From an uncultured Prevotellaceae bacterium (GTDB lineage: Bacteria; Bacteroidota; Bacteroidia; Bacteroidales; Bacteroidaceae), in assembly GCA_902767045.1 (NCBI GenBank), contig CACXFT010000104.1, forward strand, positions 7,481-71,480: a stretch of 64,000 bases of DNA, given 5' to 3'. Positions 40,487-49,872 of the stretch are shown here, piece by piece (position 1 is the stretch's first letter; every line of letters begins with the position of its first letter). The notes beneath the pieces are model-generated. The model saw nothing but the letters and a program-made list of their open reading frames with translations, was not told the DNA's origin and ran no database searches. Made by a program: the position numbers and the translations under genes.

Positions 40487-41387
40487 GAAAACCATTGTCG
40501 TCCTCACCGGACCAACGGGTGTCGGCAAGACGGAGCTTTGTCTCAATCTTGCCGAAACTTTTTCTGCTCCTGTCATCAATGCCGACTCGCGGCAGATCTT
40601 TGCCGAGCTTCCCATCGGCACTGCCGCTCCCACACCCGAACAGCAGAGGCGGGTGCGCCACTTCTTCGTGGGTACTCACCGGCTGGCCGACTACTACAGT
40701 GCTTCGCTCTACGAGCAGGATGTGCTTCGTCTGCTCTCGCCCGGCGGCGAGCTGGGCAGTGAGCCGTTGGTCTTCCTCTCCGGCGGCAGCATGATGTATA
40801 TCGATGCTGTCTGCAACGGCATCGACGACATTCCCACTGTCGATGCTGCCACGCGCGCACAAATGAAAGAGAGGCTCGCCGCTGAGGGACTGCCCGCACT
40901 GGTTGAAGAGTTGAAGCACCTCGACCCTCTCTATTACGAGCAGGTAGACAAGCAGAACCCGCGCCGTGTTGTTCATGCACTCGAAATCTGCCTGATTTCG
41001 GGCAAGCCCTATTCAACCTTCCGCACCCACACGCGCAAGGTGCGCCCTTTCCTGGTGGTGAAGATTGGCATCAACCGTCCGCGTGAAGAGCTTTACCAAC
41101 GCATCAACCGACGCGTATTGCAAATGTTGGAGCAAGGACTTCTCGAAGAAGCCCGCCGGGTCTATCCCCTGCGCGGGTTCAATTCCCTCAACACTGTGGG
41201 TTACAAAGAACTCTTCGCCCACTTCGACGGCCTCATTCCCCTCGACGAAGCCATCCGTCAGATACAGTCCAACACCCGGCGCTACGCCCGCAAACAGCTC
41301 ACCTGGTTCCACAAGGATGCAGAAATCAAATGGTTCCAACCCAGCGAATTCCAACAGATTACGGACTATCTGCATTCGGCGTTGTAA
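40470..41387 (+). CDS. miaA: tRNA dimethylallyltransferase
   Basis: GPTGVGKT, NADSRQ, IGTA.P, TVGYKE, TRRYARKQLTWF; likely GTG start overlapping the lpxA end. Confidence 0.95.
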   Translation: MESSGKKTIVVLTGPTGVGKTELCLNLAETFSAPVINADSRQIFAELPIGTAAPTPEQQRRVRHFFVGTHRLADYYSASLYEQDVLRLLSPGGELGSEPLVFLSGGSMMYIDAVCNGIDDIPTVDAATRAQMKERLAAEGLPALVEELKHLDPLYYEQVDKQNPRRVVHALEICLISGKPYSTFRTHTRKVRPFLVVKIGINRPREELYQRINRRVLQMLEQGLLEEARRVYPLRGFNSLNTVGYKELFAHFDGLIPLDEAIRQIQSNTRRYARKQLTWFHKDAEIKWFQPSEFQQITDYLHSAL

Positions 41388-41398
41388 TATACCCCCGT

Positions 41399-42109
41399 TT
41401 ATCTGTGCCGGAACCTGATTTCTCGTAGTTTGTGGTCCCCCATGAACCGGCTTTTGTCTACATGGCCGCGCACACCTTTGATGTTACCCTTGCCGGTGTA
41501 CTGCCACATGGTGATGTCGCGCCCATCGCGAAGCCGGGGCTCCCTTTCGGTATACTGGGCAATCATAATCAGATAGGCGTCGAGTTCGCCCTCTAAGTAG
41601 CGGTCGTAGAAATTGGCCCCGGTATAGACAAGGGGTTTTTGCTTATAGGCTTCTTCCACGAGGACGAGGAATTTGTGCAGCGAGTCGCAGAACTCCTCGG
41701 TGGGCAGACCGCTCTTGGTTTCAATATCAATCATGGGAATGAGGTCTTGGTCGCCGGGGCGACATTGCGCCATGAAGTTGTTGAGCTGCAAAAGCTGCGG
41801 GGACTTAGGCCGATAGAAGTGATAAGACCCCACCTTCAGGTGGTGGCGGTGGGCGAGCTCGATGTTCTCCTGATACATGTGGTCGATGTTGTCGCCCCCC
41901 TCAGTGGCTTTCAGATAGACATAGGCCATGTGCTGGTTTTCGCCGATGGCATCCCAGAACACGTTTCCCTGATAGTGGCTGATGTCTATGCCGTGGACAT
42001 GGTGGCATGTGTCTTCACATTCCACGTTGAAATACTTGGTGAAGTCTTGCGCGGGGGCAAGCTGTAGGGTGAATATGGCGATGAGCAGTAACTGGATTTT
42101 CTTCATCAT
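41399..42109 (-). CDS. GH25 muramidase (lysozyme), secreted
   Basis: GIDISHYQG, YLKATEG, GSYHFY, DIE, WQYT. Confidence 0.93.
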   Translation of the reverse strand: MMKKIQLLLIAIFTLQLAPAQDFTKYFNVECEDTCHHVHGIDISHYQGNVFWDAIGENQHMAYVYLKATEGGDNIDHMYQENIELAHRHHLKVGSYHFYRPKSPQLLQLNNFMAQCRPGDQDLIPMIDIETKSGLPTEEFCDSLHKFLVLVEEAYKQKPLVYTGANFYDRYLEGELDAYLIMIAQYTEREPRLRDGRDITMWQYTGKGNIKGVRGHVDKSRFMGDHKLREIRFRHR

Positions 42110-42134
42110 GGTGCAAAGGTATATATTTTTTTTG

Positions 42135-42956
42135 TTATTCTTCTATTTCTGACAGAGTTCTTGCAAAATTTCCTATCAGGTGGCTTGTTGTTTCGATGGG
42201 GGCAAAGGGCAGGTATCGGAGGGTGCGGCGAAGGGTGTGGCGCAGGGTGGTGGAGTTGTTGTAGATGAACCCCATTTGTGTCTGTTGCCAGTTTGTCTCT
42301 TGGGTGTTGGCGGTGGCGAGGTGTGAGAGCTCCATGAGTGCGAGCTTTTCTGCCGAAGGTTCCACTTGGTGGAGGAACGGAATCTCGTCGGGTGTGAAGG
42401 AGAACATGGTGACCAGGAAGCTGCCTTCGAGCTGTGCGAAGCGTGTGAGGTGGAGCTGTTCGAGCCAGGTGTCTATTTTCACGAAGTCGACCTTGTCGCC
42501 GCGTGTGCGCAGGAACTGTCCGAGCTGCAGGATGCCGCTCAGGGGTATGCCCCGTTTCAAGATGTGGTTGACGTTCTGCACGATGATGTTGAGCAGTTCG
42601 ACAGAGATGAGGGAGGCGTCGATGGTGTGCCGCTCGTTTTGCTGAATCTTGCGCAGCCGACGTTTGAAAAGGATGTTGGAGAGTTGGGGCACGCTGTTGC
42701 CTGTCATGCCTGCATCATGCTCTTGCCGGTCGGCAGTGATGTTTTCGAGCGACTGGATTACCCGGGCTGGAAGCGGTGCGTTGTTGTCGAACTGATGGTT
42801 TTTCATTCCGCGCAGCACAATGGGGGCTACCTCTTGAATTTGCGTGATGAGCAGGAGTCGGTTCCATTTGAAAAGCGACATGGGTTCGAGGGGGTGGAAT
42901 TGGTTGAGGGCCCCCGACTGCAAGAGGTTGAAGAAGTTTCTTTGTATAACGTTCAT
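42135..42956 (-). CDS. Conserved Bacteroidales hypothetical protein
   Basis: Long ORF with host-like codon use; RNFF.LL.SGA...EPMS.FKW, LRTRGDKVDFVK, LSEIEE; function not recognised. Confidence 0.65.
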   Translation of the reverse strand: MNVIQRNFFNLLQSGALNQFHPLEPMSLFKWNRLLLITQIQEVAPIVLRGMKNHQFDNNAPLPARVIQSLENITADRQEHDAGMTGNSVPQLSNILFKRRLRKIQQNERHTIDASLISVELLNIIVQNVNHILKRGIPLSGILQLGQFLRTRGDKVDFVKIDTWLEQLHLTRFAQLEGSFLVTMFSFTPDEIPFLHQVEPSAEKLALMELSHLATANTQETNWQQTQMGFIYNNSTTLRHTLRRTLRYLPFAPIETTSHLIGNFARTLSEIEE

Positions 42957-43004
42957 GCTGTTGTCTGCCTTGTTTCTAACTGGACTAAAGTTTCTCATCT
43001 TTTA

Positions 43005-43038
43005 TTATCACGAATTAGAGAATTTAAGAATTTTCCTT
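43005..43038. repeat. Solo copy of the AGAATT-unit repeat arm
   Basis: ttatcacgaattagagaatttaagaattttcctt vs ttatcaagaattagagaatttgagaatttttcctt at 21776. Confidence 0.7.
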
Positions 43039-43061
43039 CTTGTTATAAATAACTAAACAAG

Positions 43062-43111
43062 TTGCGCCGCAAGTTTCCTCAGCGGTGCTGCTGAAGATTC
43101 CTGCGGCGCAA
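43062..43111. repeat. GC-rich palindrome (REP-like or terminator)
   Basis: ttgcgccgca...tgcggcgcaa with inner tcagc/gctga pairing. Confidence 0.6.
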
Positions 43112-43139
43112 TACCTGAAAGTGGTCTGCACGGACATTA

Positions 43140-43271
43140 TCACAGTGATTCGTCCTCTGGCCGATGAATCTGACGAGGTTTGGTAGAACTTAGATGTTTT
43201 TTTCTGCGCAGCCATGCTTCTTTCTTGGCTTCGTAGTCTTCGTAGTGACGTTCTAAGAAATTGTCGGCCAT
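43140..43271 (-). CDS. 43-aa protein MADNFLERHYEDYEAKKEAW... (not in ORF track)
   Basis: Hand-translated; starts 4 nt after the DUF4270-like stop; MADN[YF]LE N-terminus resembles small Bacteroidales proteins. Confidence 0.65.
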   Translation of the reverse strand: MADNFLERHYEDYEAKKEAWLRRKKHLSSTKPRQIHRPEDESL

Positions 43272-43275
43272 GCGG

Positions 43276-44697
43276 TTATTCAAATTTACTGTAGATGATG
43301 CTAATCTTCAGTGGGGCATGACTGTTTGCTCCAGCTTCAACTTCAGCTGCTCCATACCCGCGCACTAACTTCACGCTGGATAGCGACATGTCGTGAACAA
43401 CACTCATAATCTGACTGTTGGAATTGGTGGTAACCTTCACGGGTACCAAAACAACCTTGTTCCAGTTCTCAGAACCGCGGTTGGCATGCATGAATGTAAT
43501 CAAACCGTTGATGTTGTTGAACGTATAAGTGTTGCCAATAGACGAAGAACTTGTTGCAGCCGAAAGGAACGAAGTTCGATAGTCTACGATGTTTCCTTTT
43601 TCAAAGAACGAATAAAGACTGTCGGCCGGTAACATGAGCAAGCGGGTGGGAGAGGGTAGTGCATAGTCGCTACCGGTAGTGTTGTTCAGGCACTGAAGCA
43701 CCAGCTTGGCCGAGTTGATGGTGTCGTTTTCGTGAGTGACGGCCGATGCCCCTCGTCCATTGATGATTTCGTCTACAGGAAGTTCCAGTTCGGTGAAGAT
43801 ACCAGCCGGCGATTTGATATAGGTGCAGCTTTCATCTTTGGTGACGAGTGAATCGATACAGCTCTTGGTATTGGTGATGTGAGTAGTCTGCAGCACCTCT
43901 TCTGTTCCAGCAAACGATGTGGTTCCAACATAAGTGGTGTCACCCTCAGCATAGCGGAAAAATACGTTCAGCTGAGTGCGCGTGATGTAGGCCATGCTAC
44001 CCAAACCGGCTGTGCTCTTAAAATAGAATCCCGGAACCACATTGTTGATGAACCGATAGGAATTTTTGAAGTTGTTAGGGTTCTTATAGTACGATTGCAG
44101 CAGATAGGTTCCGAAGTTGTTATAGCCGTTCCCCTCTTTATCCCAACAGGAATCGTTGAGCAGGATGCGGATGTTGGTGCCGGTTAAGTTATAGGTTTTA
44201 TCTACCTGAATACCGTCGGCACGCACCAACCCCTCTGCTATGGGGTCAAAATCAGAGTAGTATTTCACTCCCTCGCTCATGGGAGTGCCCATTTCATAGG
44301 CAGTGAGTTTCATGGCGGTGAGTGAGTCACCAAAGAAAGAATCGAAATAAAGGCGCAACTCGCACGAGTCGGCAACAATGGCATCACCAATGCGACTGGT
44401 CATTTTTGATTCTTCAGGGAAACGGTAATCTTCCAGCACATGAAATTGCGACATGAAGTCGCCTGTTACATAACCACCGGTTTCGGGGTCGAGCACCTTG
44501 CCCAAGTAACCAATAGCGTTGCGTGCATATACGGAGTCAGCAACTACCGAACGCGATTTCACATAGAATGTATCCGTGGAGATGTTCAATTCGTCCATCT
44601 TGCTGATGAGCGAGGTACCCATCTCACCTGTGTTGTCGTCGCAAGACATAAATATACTGAACCCCAGCAAGATACTTGCGAACGTTAAATGCTTCAT
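43276..44697 (-). CDS. DUF4270-like lipoprotein
   Basis: Lipobox FMSC-DD; YLG...DPETG, YIKSPAGIFTELELP; directly downstream of the GT5 gene. Confidence 0.8.
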   Translation of the reverse strand: MKHLTFASILLGFSIFMSCDDNTGEMGTSLISKMDELNISTDTFYVKSRSVVADSVYARNAIGYLGKVLDPETGGYVTGDFMSQFHVLEDYRFPEESKMTSRIGDAIVADSCELRLYFDSFFGDSLTAMKLTAYEMGTPMSEGVKYYSDFDPIAEGLVRADGIQVDKTYNLTGTNIRILLNDSCWDKEGNGYNNFGTYLLQSYYKNPNNFKNSYRFINNVVPGFYFKSTAGLGSMAYITRTQLNVFFRYAEGDTTYVGTTSFAGTEEVLQTTHITNTKSCIDSLVTKDESCTYIKSPAGIFTELELPVDEIINGRGASAVTHENDTINSAKLVLQCLNNTTGSDYALPSPTRLLMLPADSLYSFFEKGNIVDYRTSFLSAATSSSSIGNTYTFNNINGLITFMHANRGSENWNKVVLVPVKVTTNSNSQIMSVVHDMSLSSVKLVRGYGAAEVEAGANSHAPLKISIIYSKFE

Positions 44698-44717
44698 ATT
44701 ATTCTTTTCTGTTTAAT

Positions 44718-45527
44718 TTATTCCTCGGGCTGCAGCTTGTTGTAGAAGTCGAGATAGGTGTCGACAAACTCTTCGCCCGGATGCTCGAGAATGGGCAGGT
44801 TCTTCTTTTCAGCGTATTCGATGAGATTGGCGTTAGCTTTAGGAGATATCTTCACAATTCCATCGCTATAGTCGATGGCCAGCTTGCCAAGCTCCATGAA
44901 ATCGAAATTCACTTTGTAAGAATCGAGTGAGTCTGAGGATGCGTCACGAAAGGATATGCAACGCTTGAAGTTCTCACCTAAGTTGTTTTTGAGCTGATCA
45001 TCATAGATAGATGTTACAACCTTGGTATTGGCAAATGAGGGCTCATCCTGATAGGCTTTTTTGATATAGAAAGGCACACAGGCGCTCATCCATCCCTGAC
45101 AATGAATGATGTCGGGCGACCATCTCATCTTCTTCACCGTTTCCAAAACTCCACGGGCAAAGAAGATGGCTCGTTCACCGTTGTCGGGATATTCGTTGCC
45201 AAGCTCATCAACTGCCATCTGCCGCTTCATAAAATAATCATCGTTGTCGATGAAATATACCGAGATGCGCGTAGCAGGGATAGTGGCCACCTTGATGATG
45301 ATGGGATGGTCGGTGTCATCGATAATGAGGTTCATACCTGAGAGTCGCTGTACCTCGTGCAACTGACCGCGACGCTCGTTGATGTTTCCCCACTTGGGCA
45401 TGAACGTGCGAATCTCACAACCGGATTCTTGAACCCGCTGCGGAAGATAACGGCCCATGAGCGACATCTCTGTATCGGGCACATAAGGACTAATCTCTTG
45501 GTTGATGAACAAAACTTTCTTTGCCAT
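44718..45527 (-). CDS. Glycogen/starch synthase N-terminal domain protein (GT5, short Bacteroidetes form)
   Basis: IRTFMPKWG.INERR.QLHEV.RLSGMN, DN.ERAIFF, PDIIHCQGW. Confidence 0.88.
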   Translation of the reverse strand: MAKKVLFINQEISPYVPDTEMSLMGRYLPQRVQESGCEIRTFMPKWGNINERRGQLHEVQRLSGMNLIIDDTDHPIIIKVATIPATRISVYFIDNDDYFMKRQMAVDELGNEYPDNGERAIFFARGVLETVKKMRWSPDIIHCQGWMSACVPFYIKKAYQDEPSFANTKVVTSIYDDQLKNNLGENFKRCISFRDASSDSLDSYKVNFDFMELGKLAIDYSDGIVKISPKANANLIEYAEKKNLPILEHPGEEFVDTYLDFYNKLQPEE

Positions 45528-45558
45528 ATCTATAGTTTTTTGAGTGACTTACATGTTT

Positions 45559-45984
45559 TTACTCTACTACTACTAAAGGAGCATCTTCGAGTACGTTTTC
45601 GCCTTGTTTCACACAAATGGCTACAACCTTTCCGGCTTTCTCAGCTTCAATGTTATTGGCCATCTTCATGGCTTCAAGCACTACCAGGGTATCACCAGTC
45701 TGAACATTCTGGCCAACCTCCACCTCTATGGATGTGATAACGCCGGGCAGAGGGGCCTTCACGGCATTGCTTGTGTTGACATTTTGAGCCTGAGCAGTTT
45801 CGACTTCTGTAGCTTCTTTGGCAGGCTGGCCAAGCACCACTTTTTTCTTCTCGGGTTCTTCTTCGGGTTCCATACCCACTTCGAACTCTTCGCCGTTCAC
45901 TGTAACGGTAGCAATGTTGTCTTCAATATTGCCAATGGCTACATTATATTCCTTCCCGTTAATGGTATATTTATATGTTTTCAT
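45559..45984 (-). CDS. Biotin carboxyl carrier protein
   Basis: APLPG, LEAMKMAN biotinylation motif. Confidence 0.95.
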   Translation of the reverse strand: MKTYKYTINGKEYNVAIGNIEDNIATVTVNGEEFEVGMEPEEEPEKKKVVLGQPAKEATEVETAQAQNVNTSNAVKAPLPGVITSIEVEVGQNVQTGDTLVVLEAMKMANNIEAEKAGKVVAICVKQGENVLEDAPLVVVE

Positions 45985-46038
45985 TTTTGTCTATATATAT
46001 TAATATGGTGTATTTTGACACAGGTGTAACAATAAGGC

Positions 46039-46197
46039 TCAGGGACGCTGGGTTATGCTCAGGAATTTGGCATTCCACAATGTGTGGCGAGGCTTGATGG
46101 TGATGAAGCCCGGCTCTTTGTCATGAACATTATTGCCTCTGAACTCGTGCAATGCCAATGCTATTGCCGCATATACATTCTTGTCTTCTTTGTTCAT
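46039..46197 (-). CDS. 52-aa protein, OadG/MmdD/epsilon-like linker subunit (not in ORF track)
   Basis: MNKEDKNVYAAIALALHE...VHD.E...ITI...W..K; sits between carboxyltransferase and biotin carrier. Confidence 0.7.
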   Translation of the reverse strand: MNKEDKNVYAAIALALHEFRGNNVHDKEPGFITIKPRHTLWNAKFLSITQRP

Positions 46198-46224
46198 AAA
46201 AAATGTTTTATGTTTTGGTTCCTA

Positions 46225-47790
46225 TTACATGGGCATGCAACCGTGTTTCTTTGCAGGGAGGCCCTGTTTCTTGCAAGCTAACTGAGCCAAGCCACGGCAT
46301 ATACGGAAACGGGTGTTGCGCGGCTCAATCACATCATCGATGTAACCATATTGAGCTGCTTGATAGGGATTGGCAAAAAGGTCGGAATATTCCTGCTCTT
46401 TTTCGGCAATGAAAGCTTTGTAATCTTCGCCTGCTTCTTTCTTGGCTTTTACGTCGCGGGCATACAATACGGCAACTGCGCCCGAGGCTCCCATCACAGC
46501 AATCTCTGAACTGGGCCATGCAAAGTTGAGGTCGGCACGGAGCTGCTTACAGCCCATCACAATGTGGCTTCCACCATACGATTTGCGCAGAGTGATGGTT
46601 ATCTTGGGAACTGTAGCTTCGCCATAGGCATAGAGCAACTGAGCTCCATGAAGAATCACAGCATTATACTCCTGTCCGGTTCCAGGAAGGAATCCGGGAA
46701 CATCCACCAAACTCACAATGGGAATGTTGAAGGCATCGCAGAAACGAACAAAACGGGCTCCCTTGCGGCTTGCATTGGTGTCGAGAACACCTGCATAGGC
46801 TGCCGGCTGGTTGGCAACAATACCAACGCTCTGACCATTGAAGCGAGCAAAACCCGTAATGATGTTCTTGGCAAACTTAGGCTGAACTTCAAAGAACTCT
46901 CCATTATCGGTGAGAGCCGTTATCACCTTATACATATCGTAGGCCTTGTTGGGGTCGTCGGGAATAATCTCGTTCAATATGTCTTCTTTGCGGTCGATGG
47001 GGTCGCTGCACTCCACACGCGGCGCTTCTTCCATGTTGTTGGAGGGTATGTAGCTCAACAGCGTCTTAATCATCTCCATGGCTTCCTCTTCTGTTTTAGC
47101 AGTGAAATGAGTAACGCCACTCTTGGAAGCATGAACACTGGCACCGCCGAGCGATTCGGCATCCACATTTTCGCCAGTTACTGTTTTCACCACCGCCGGA
47201 CCAGTGAGGAACATGTAGGAGGTGTTTTCCATCATCAGAATGAAATCGGTGAGCGCCGGAGAGTAAACGGCTCCACCTGCACACGGCCCCATGATGGCCG
47301 AAATCTGGGGTATCACGCCAGAGGCAAGAATGTTGCGCTCGAAAATCTCGCCATAGCCTGCCAGTGAATTGATTCCTTCCTGAATGCGTGCACCACCGGA
47401 ATCGTTCATGCAAATCATGGGAGCACCATTCTGCATGGCCATGTCCATCACCTTGCACATCTTCTGACTCATTGTTTCAGACAGTGAACCACCGTTAACG
47501 GTAAAATCCTGGGCTGAAACATAAACAAGCCGACCGCCAATTGTGGCTGAACCTACCACAACACCGTCGCCTAAGAATTGCTTCTTTTCCATACCGAAAT
47601 TGTGGCAGCGATGAAGCTTAAACATATCATATTCTTCGAAAGAACCTTCGTCTACTAACATTTCAATGCGCTCACGGGCTGTGTATTTGCCACGCTGGTG
47701 TTGCTTGTCAATGGCCTTCTCGCCACCGCCAAGACGGGCTTGGGCTCGTTTGGCAATCAGTTCCTTAATTTTCTCTGTTTGCTTACTCAT
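46225..47790 (-). CDS. Acyl-CoA carboxyltransferase (PccB/MmdA family)
   Basis: ARERI..L.D.GSF, DSGGARIQEG, GPCAGGAVYSPALTDF, DVPGFLPG..QE. Confidence 0.93.
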   Translation of the reverse strand: MSKQTEKIKELIAKRAQARLGGGEKAIDKQHQRGKYTARERIEMLVDEGSFEEYDMFKLHRCHNFGMEKKQFLGDGVVVGSATIGGRLVYVSAQDFTVNGGSLSETMSQKMCKVMDMAMQNGAPMICMNDSGGARIQEGINSLAGYGEIFERNILASGVIPQISAIMGPCAGGAVYSPALTDFILMMENTSYMFLTGPAVVKTVTGENVDAESLGGASVHASKSGVTHFTAKTEEEAMEMIKTLLSYIPSNNMEEAPRVECSDPIDRKEDILNEIIPDDPNKAYDMYKVITALTDNGEFFEVQPKFAKNIITGFARFNGQSVGIVANQPAAYAGVLDTNASRKGARFVRFCDAFNIPIVSLVDVPGFLPGTGQEYNAVILHGAQLLYAYGEATVPKITITLRKSYGGSHIVMGCKQLRADLNFAWPSSEIAVMGASGAVAVLYARDVKAKKEAGEDYKAFIAEKEQEYSDLFANPYQAAQYGYIDDVIEPRNTRFRICRGLAQLACKKQGLPAKKHGCMPM

Positions 47791-47986
47791 AAATGTTCTA
47801 TTTATTTGCTTTTAATACTTCGCTTTCAGAAATTTTGCGCAAAGTTACGAAAAAATGTTTTAAAACAGACATTTATACCTTTGTTTTTAAGGCATTTTAG
47901 GGTTTGACCAAGTAATTTGAAAACATTTAATTTTGAATTTACAATAATTTTCGTACATTTGCACAAATTATTTTAAACTCCTTAGT

Positions 47987-48514
47987 ATGACTGATTTTAA
48001 AAATCTGGTGCAAAACAGGCGGAGCCACCGTAACTTTGCCCATGCCGAAATCTCACCGGAAGATTTGCAAACAATTCTGAGGGCAGCACTCATGTCGCCC
48101 ACATCAAAAAACCAACGAAATTGGAAATTTGTTGTGGTTGAAGACCCTGAACTGCTCCAAAAACTTTCAGAAGCAAAAGATGCCGGAGCTGCTTTCATTG
48201 CCAAAGCTCCCATTGCAGTGGTTGTTTTGGGTAATTCAACCGAAAACGACTGCTGGATAGAAGATGCTTCCATAGCCGCCATTACGATGCAATATCAGGC
48301 TGAAGAACTGGGTATTGGCAGCTGTTGGGCACAAATGAGGGGTAGGGGACTTTCCGACGGAGTGAGTGCAAATGAGGTTATCCGCGGACTGCTGAACATA
48401 CCGGAAAACTATTCTGTATTATGCGTTGTGGCCTTTGGACTGAAATGCGACGAAAGAAAGCCGCAGAACGAAGAAAAACTAAAGTGGGAACAAGTGCAGG
48501 TAGGTCCATTCTAA
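47987..48514 (+). CDS. Nitroreductase family protein
   Basis: RRSHRNF, SPTSKN.R.WKF, GIGSCW; TACATTTG box at 47954. Confidence 0.9.
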   Translation: MTDFKNLVQNRRSHRNFAHAEISPEDLQTILRAALMSPTSKNQRNWKFVVVEDPELLQKLSEAKDAGAAFIAKAPIAVVVLGNSTENDCWIEDASIAAITMQYQAEELGIGSCWAQMRGRGLSDGVSANEVIRGLLNIPENYSVLCVVAFGLKCDERKPQNEEKLKWEQVQVGPF

Positions 48515-48535
48515 AATTAATTCGTAAGAAGCATT

Positions 48536-49054
48536 ATGATCAACTATGATTTACGCAAAATAAAAGCTGTTATCTTTGATATCGATGGTGTGCTCTCAGC
48601 ATCTACAGTCTTCATGAATAATAACGGGCAGCCAATTCGCACGATCAACATCAAAGACGGATATGCTATTCAGCTGGCCCAAAAGATGGGAATCAGAATT
48701 GCCATTATGACAGGTGGACGAAACGAAGATATTAAACTGCGTTATGAATATCTTGGTGTAGAAGATATTTATCTGAAATGCTCCATCAAGATTAAAACAT
48801 ACGAAGAGTTTATTGCTAAATATGGGCTTGACGACAGTGAAATCATTTATGTTGGTGACGATATTCCCGACTACGAAATCATGAAACGTGTTGGCTGTCC
48901 GTGTTGCCCAGGCGACGCCTGCCCGGAAATCAAGTCTATTAGCTTGTATATCAGTAATTTGAATGGAGGTCATGGTTGCGGGCGCGACATCTTGGAACAG
49001 GTGATGAAAGCCCAAGGTAAATGGCTTTCCGATGCCAAGGCCTTTGGCTGGTGA
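48536..49054 (+). CDS. kdsC: KDO-8-phosphate phosphatase (HAD)
   Basis: FDIDGVL, KDGYAI, YVGDDIPD, GG.GC.R. Confidence 0.88.
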   Translation: MINYDLRKIKAVIFDIDGVLSASTVFMNNNGQPIRTINIKDGYAIQLAQKMGIRIAIMTGGRNEDIKLRYEYLGVEDIYLKCSIKIKTYEEFIAKYGLDDSEIIYVGDDIPDYEIMKRVGCPCCPGDACPEIKSISLYISNLNGGHGCGRDILEQVMKAQGKWLSDAKAFGW

Positions 49055-49095
49055 ACATGAACGCTCGTTTTTTAAAGAAATAACAAATTCGCGCC

Positions 49096-49656
49096 ATGAA
49101 GATTATCTTAGCAAGCAATTCGCCAAGAAGAAAACAGCTATTTGCAGGGTTAGACTTGCCATTTGAAGTGAGGATTATTGACGGAATCGACGAATCCTAC
49201 CCAAAAGACTTACCAGCCGAACAGGTTGCCGAGGCCATAGCATGTTCAAAGGCCAGTTTCTATGAGCCTGCAAATGACGAAATAATTCTCACGGCCGATA
49301 CAACCGTTGTTATCGAAGATACTGTTTTGGGAAAGCCGGCCAACCGCGAAGAAGCCATAGAAATGCTCAGAATGCTCAGCGGAAAAACACATCGCGTAAT
49401 TACAGGCGTGTGTTTGAAAAGTGTTTGCAAGCAAAAAAACTTCAGCGTAATTTCAGAAGTTACTTTCAAGGATTTGTTAGATTCAGAAATCTTTTATTAT
49501 GTTGACCGTTATAAACCCTTCGACAAAGCCGGTGCCTATGGCATTCAAGAATGGATTGGATTTATTGGTGTTTCAAAGCTTAACGGCAGCTATTTTAATG
49601 TGATGGGACTTCCGGTGCAACGTATCTATGAAGAACTGCATGCAGCCTTTATTTGA
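49096..49656 (+). CDS. maf: Maf-like nucleotide pyrophosphatase
   Basis: LASNSPRR, ADT.V, LGKP, DKAGAYGIQ, NVMGLP. Confidence 0.95.
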   Translation: MKIILASNSPRRKQLFAGLDLPFEVRIIDGIDESYPKDLPAEQVAEAIACSKASFYEPANDEIILTADTTVVIEDTVLGKPANREEAIEMLRMLSGKTHRVITGVCLKSVCKQKNFSVISEVTFKDLLDSEIFYYVDRYKPFDKAGAYGIQEWIGFIGVSKLNGSYFNVMGLPVQRIYEELHAAFI

Positions 49657-49788
49657 TGCAGTATATTCCCCTTGTTTGAGTATGACGTTTTTTAAATATA
49701 ACATACATTATGATAAATAGAAAATTATGCTGTCTGCGATAGTCACTCCTATGAGGTTGTTTTGCCAAAGTCGAGAGAAACCAAAGAT

Positions 49789-49833
49789 AAAAACGGGAAG
49801 ATAGCTTTCATGCAGAGCCATCTTCCCGTTTTT
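49789..49833. terminator. Bidirectional terminator between maf and hisS
   Basis: aaaaacgggaagatagct...agccatcttcccgttttt. Confidence 0.85.
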
Positions 49834-49872
49834 CTGATATGATATTCTCTTTTGAATGATTCCTCGAAGCAA

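Noticed and set aside
41399-42109. GH25 lysozyme as a phage endolysin
   Set aside because: Has a signal peptide, host-like codon use and no phage neighbours
44718-45527. Short glycogen synthase as a pseudogene
   Set aside because: The single-domain ~270-aa GT5 next to DUF4270 is the usual Bacteroidetes form
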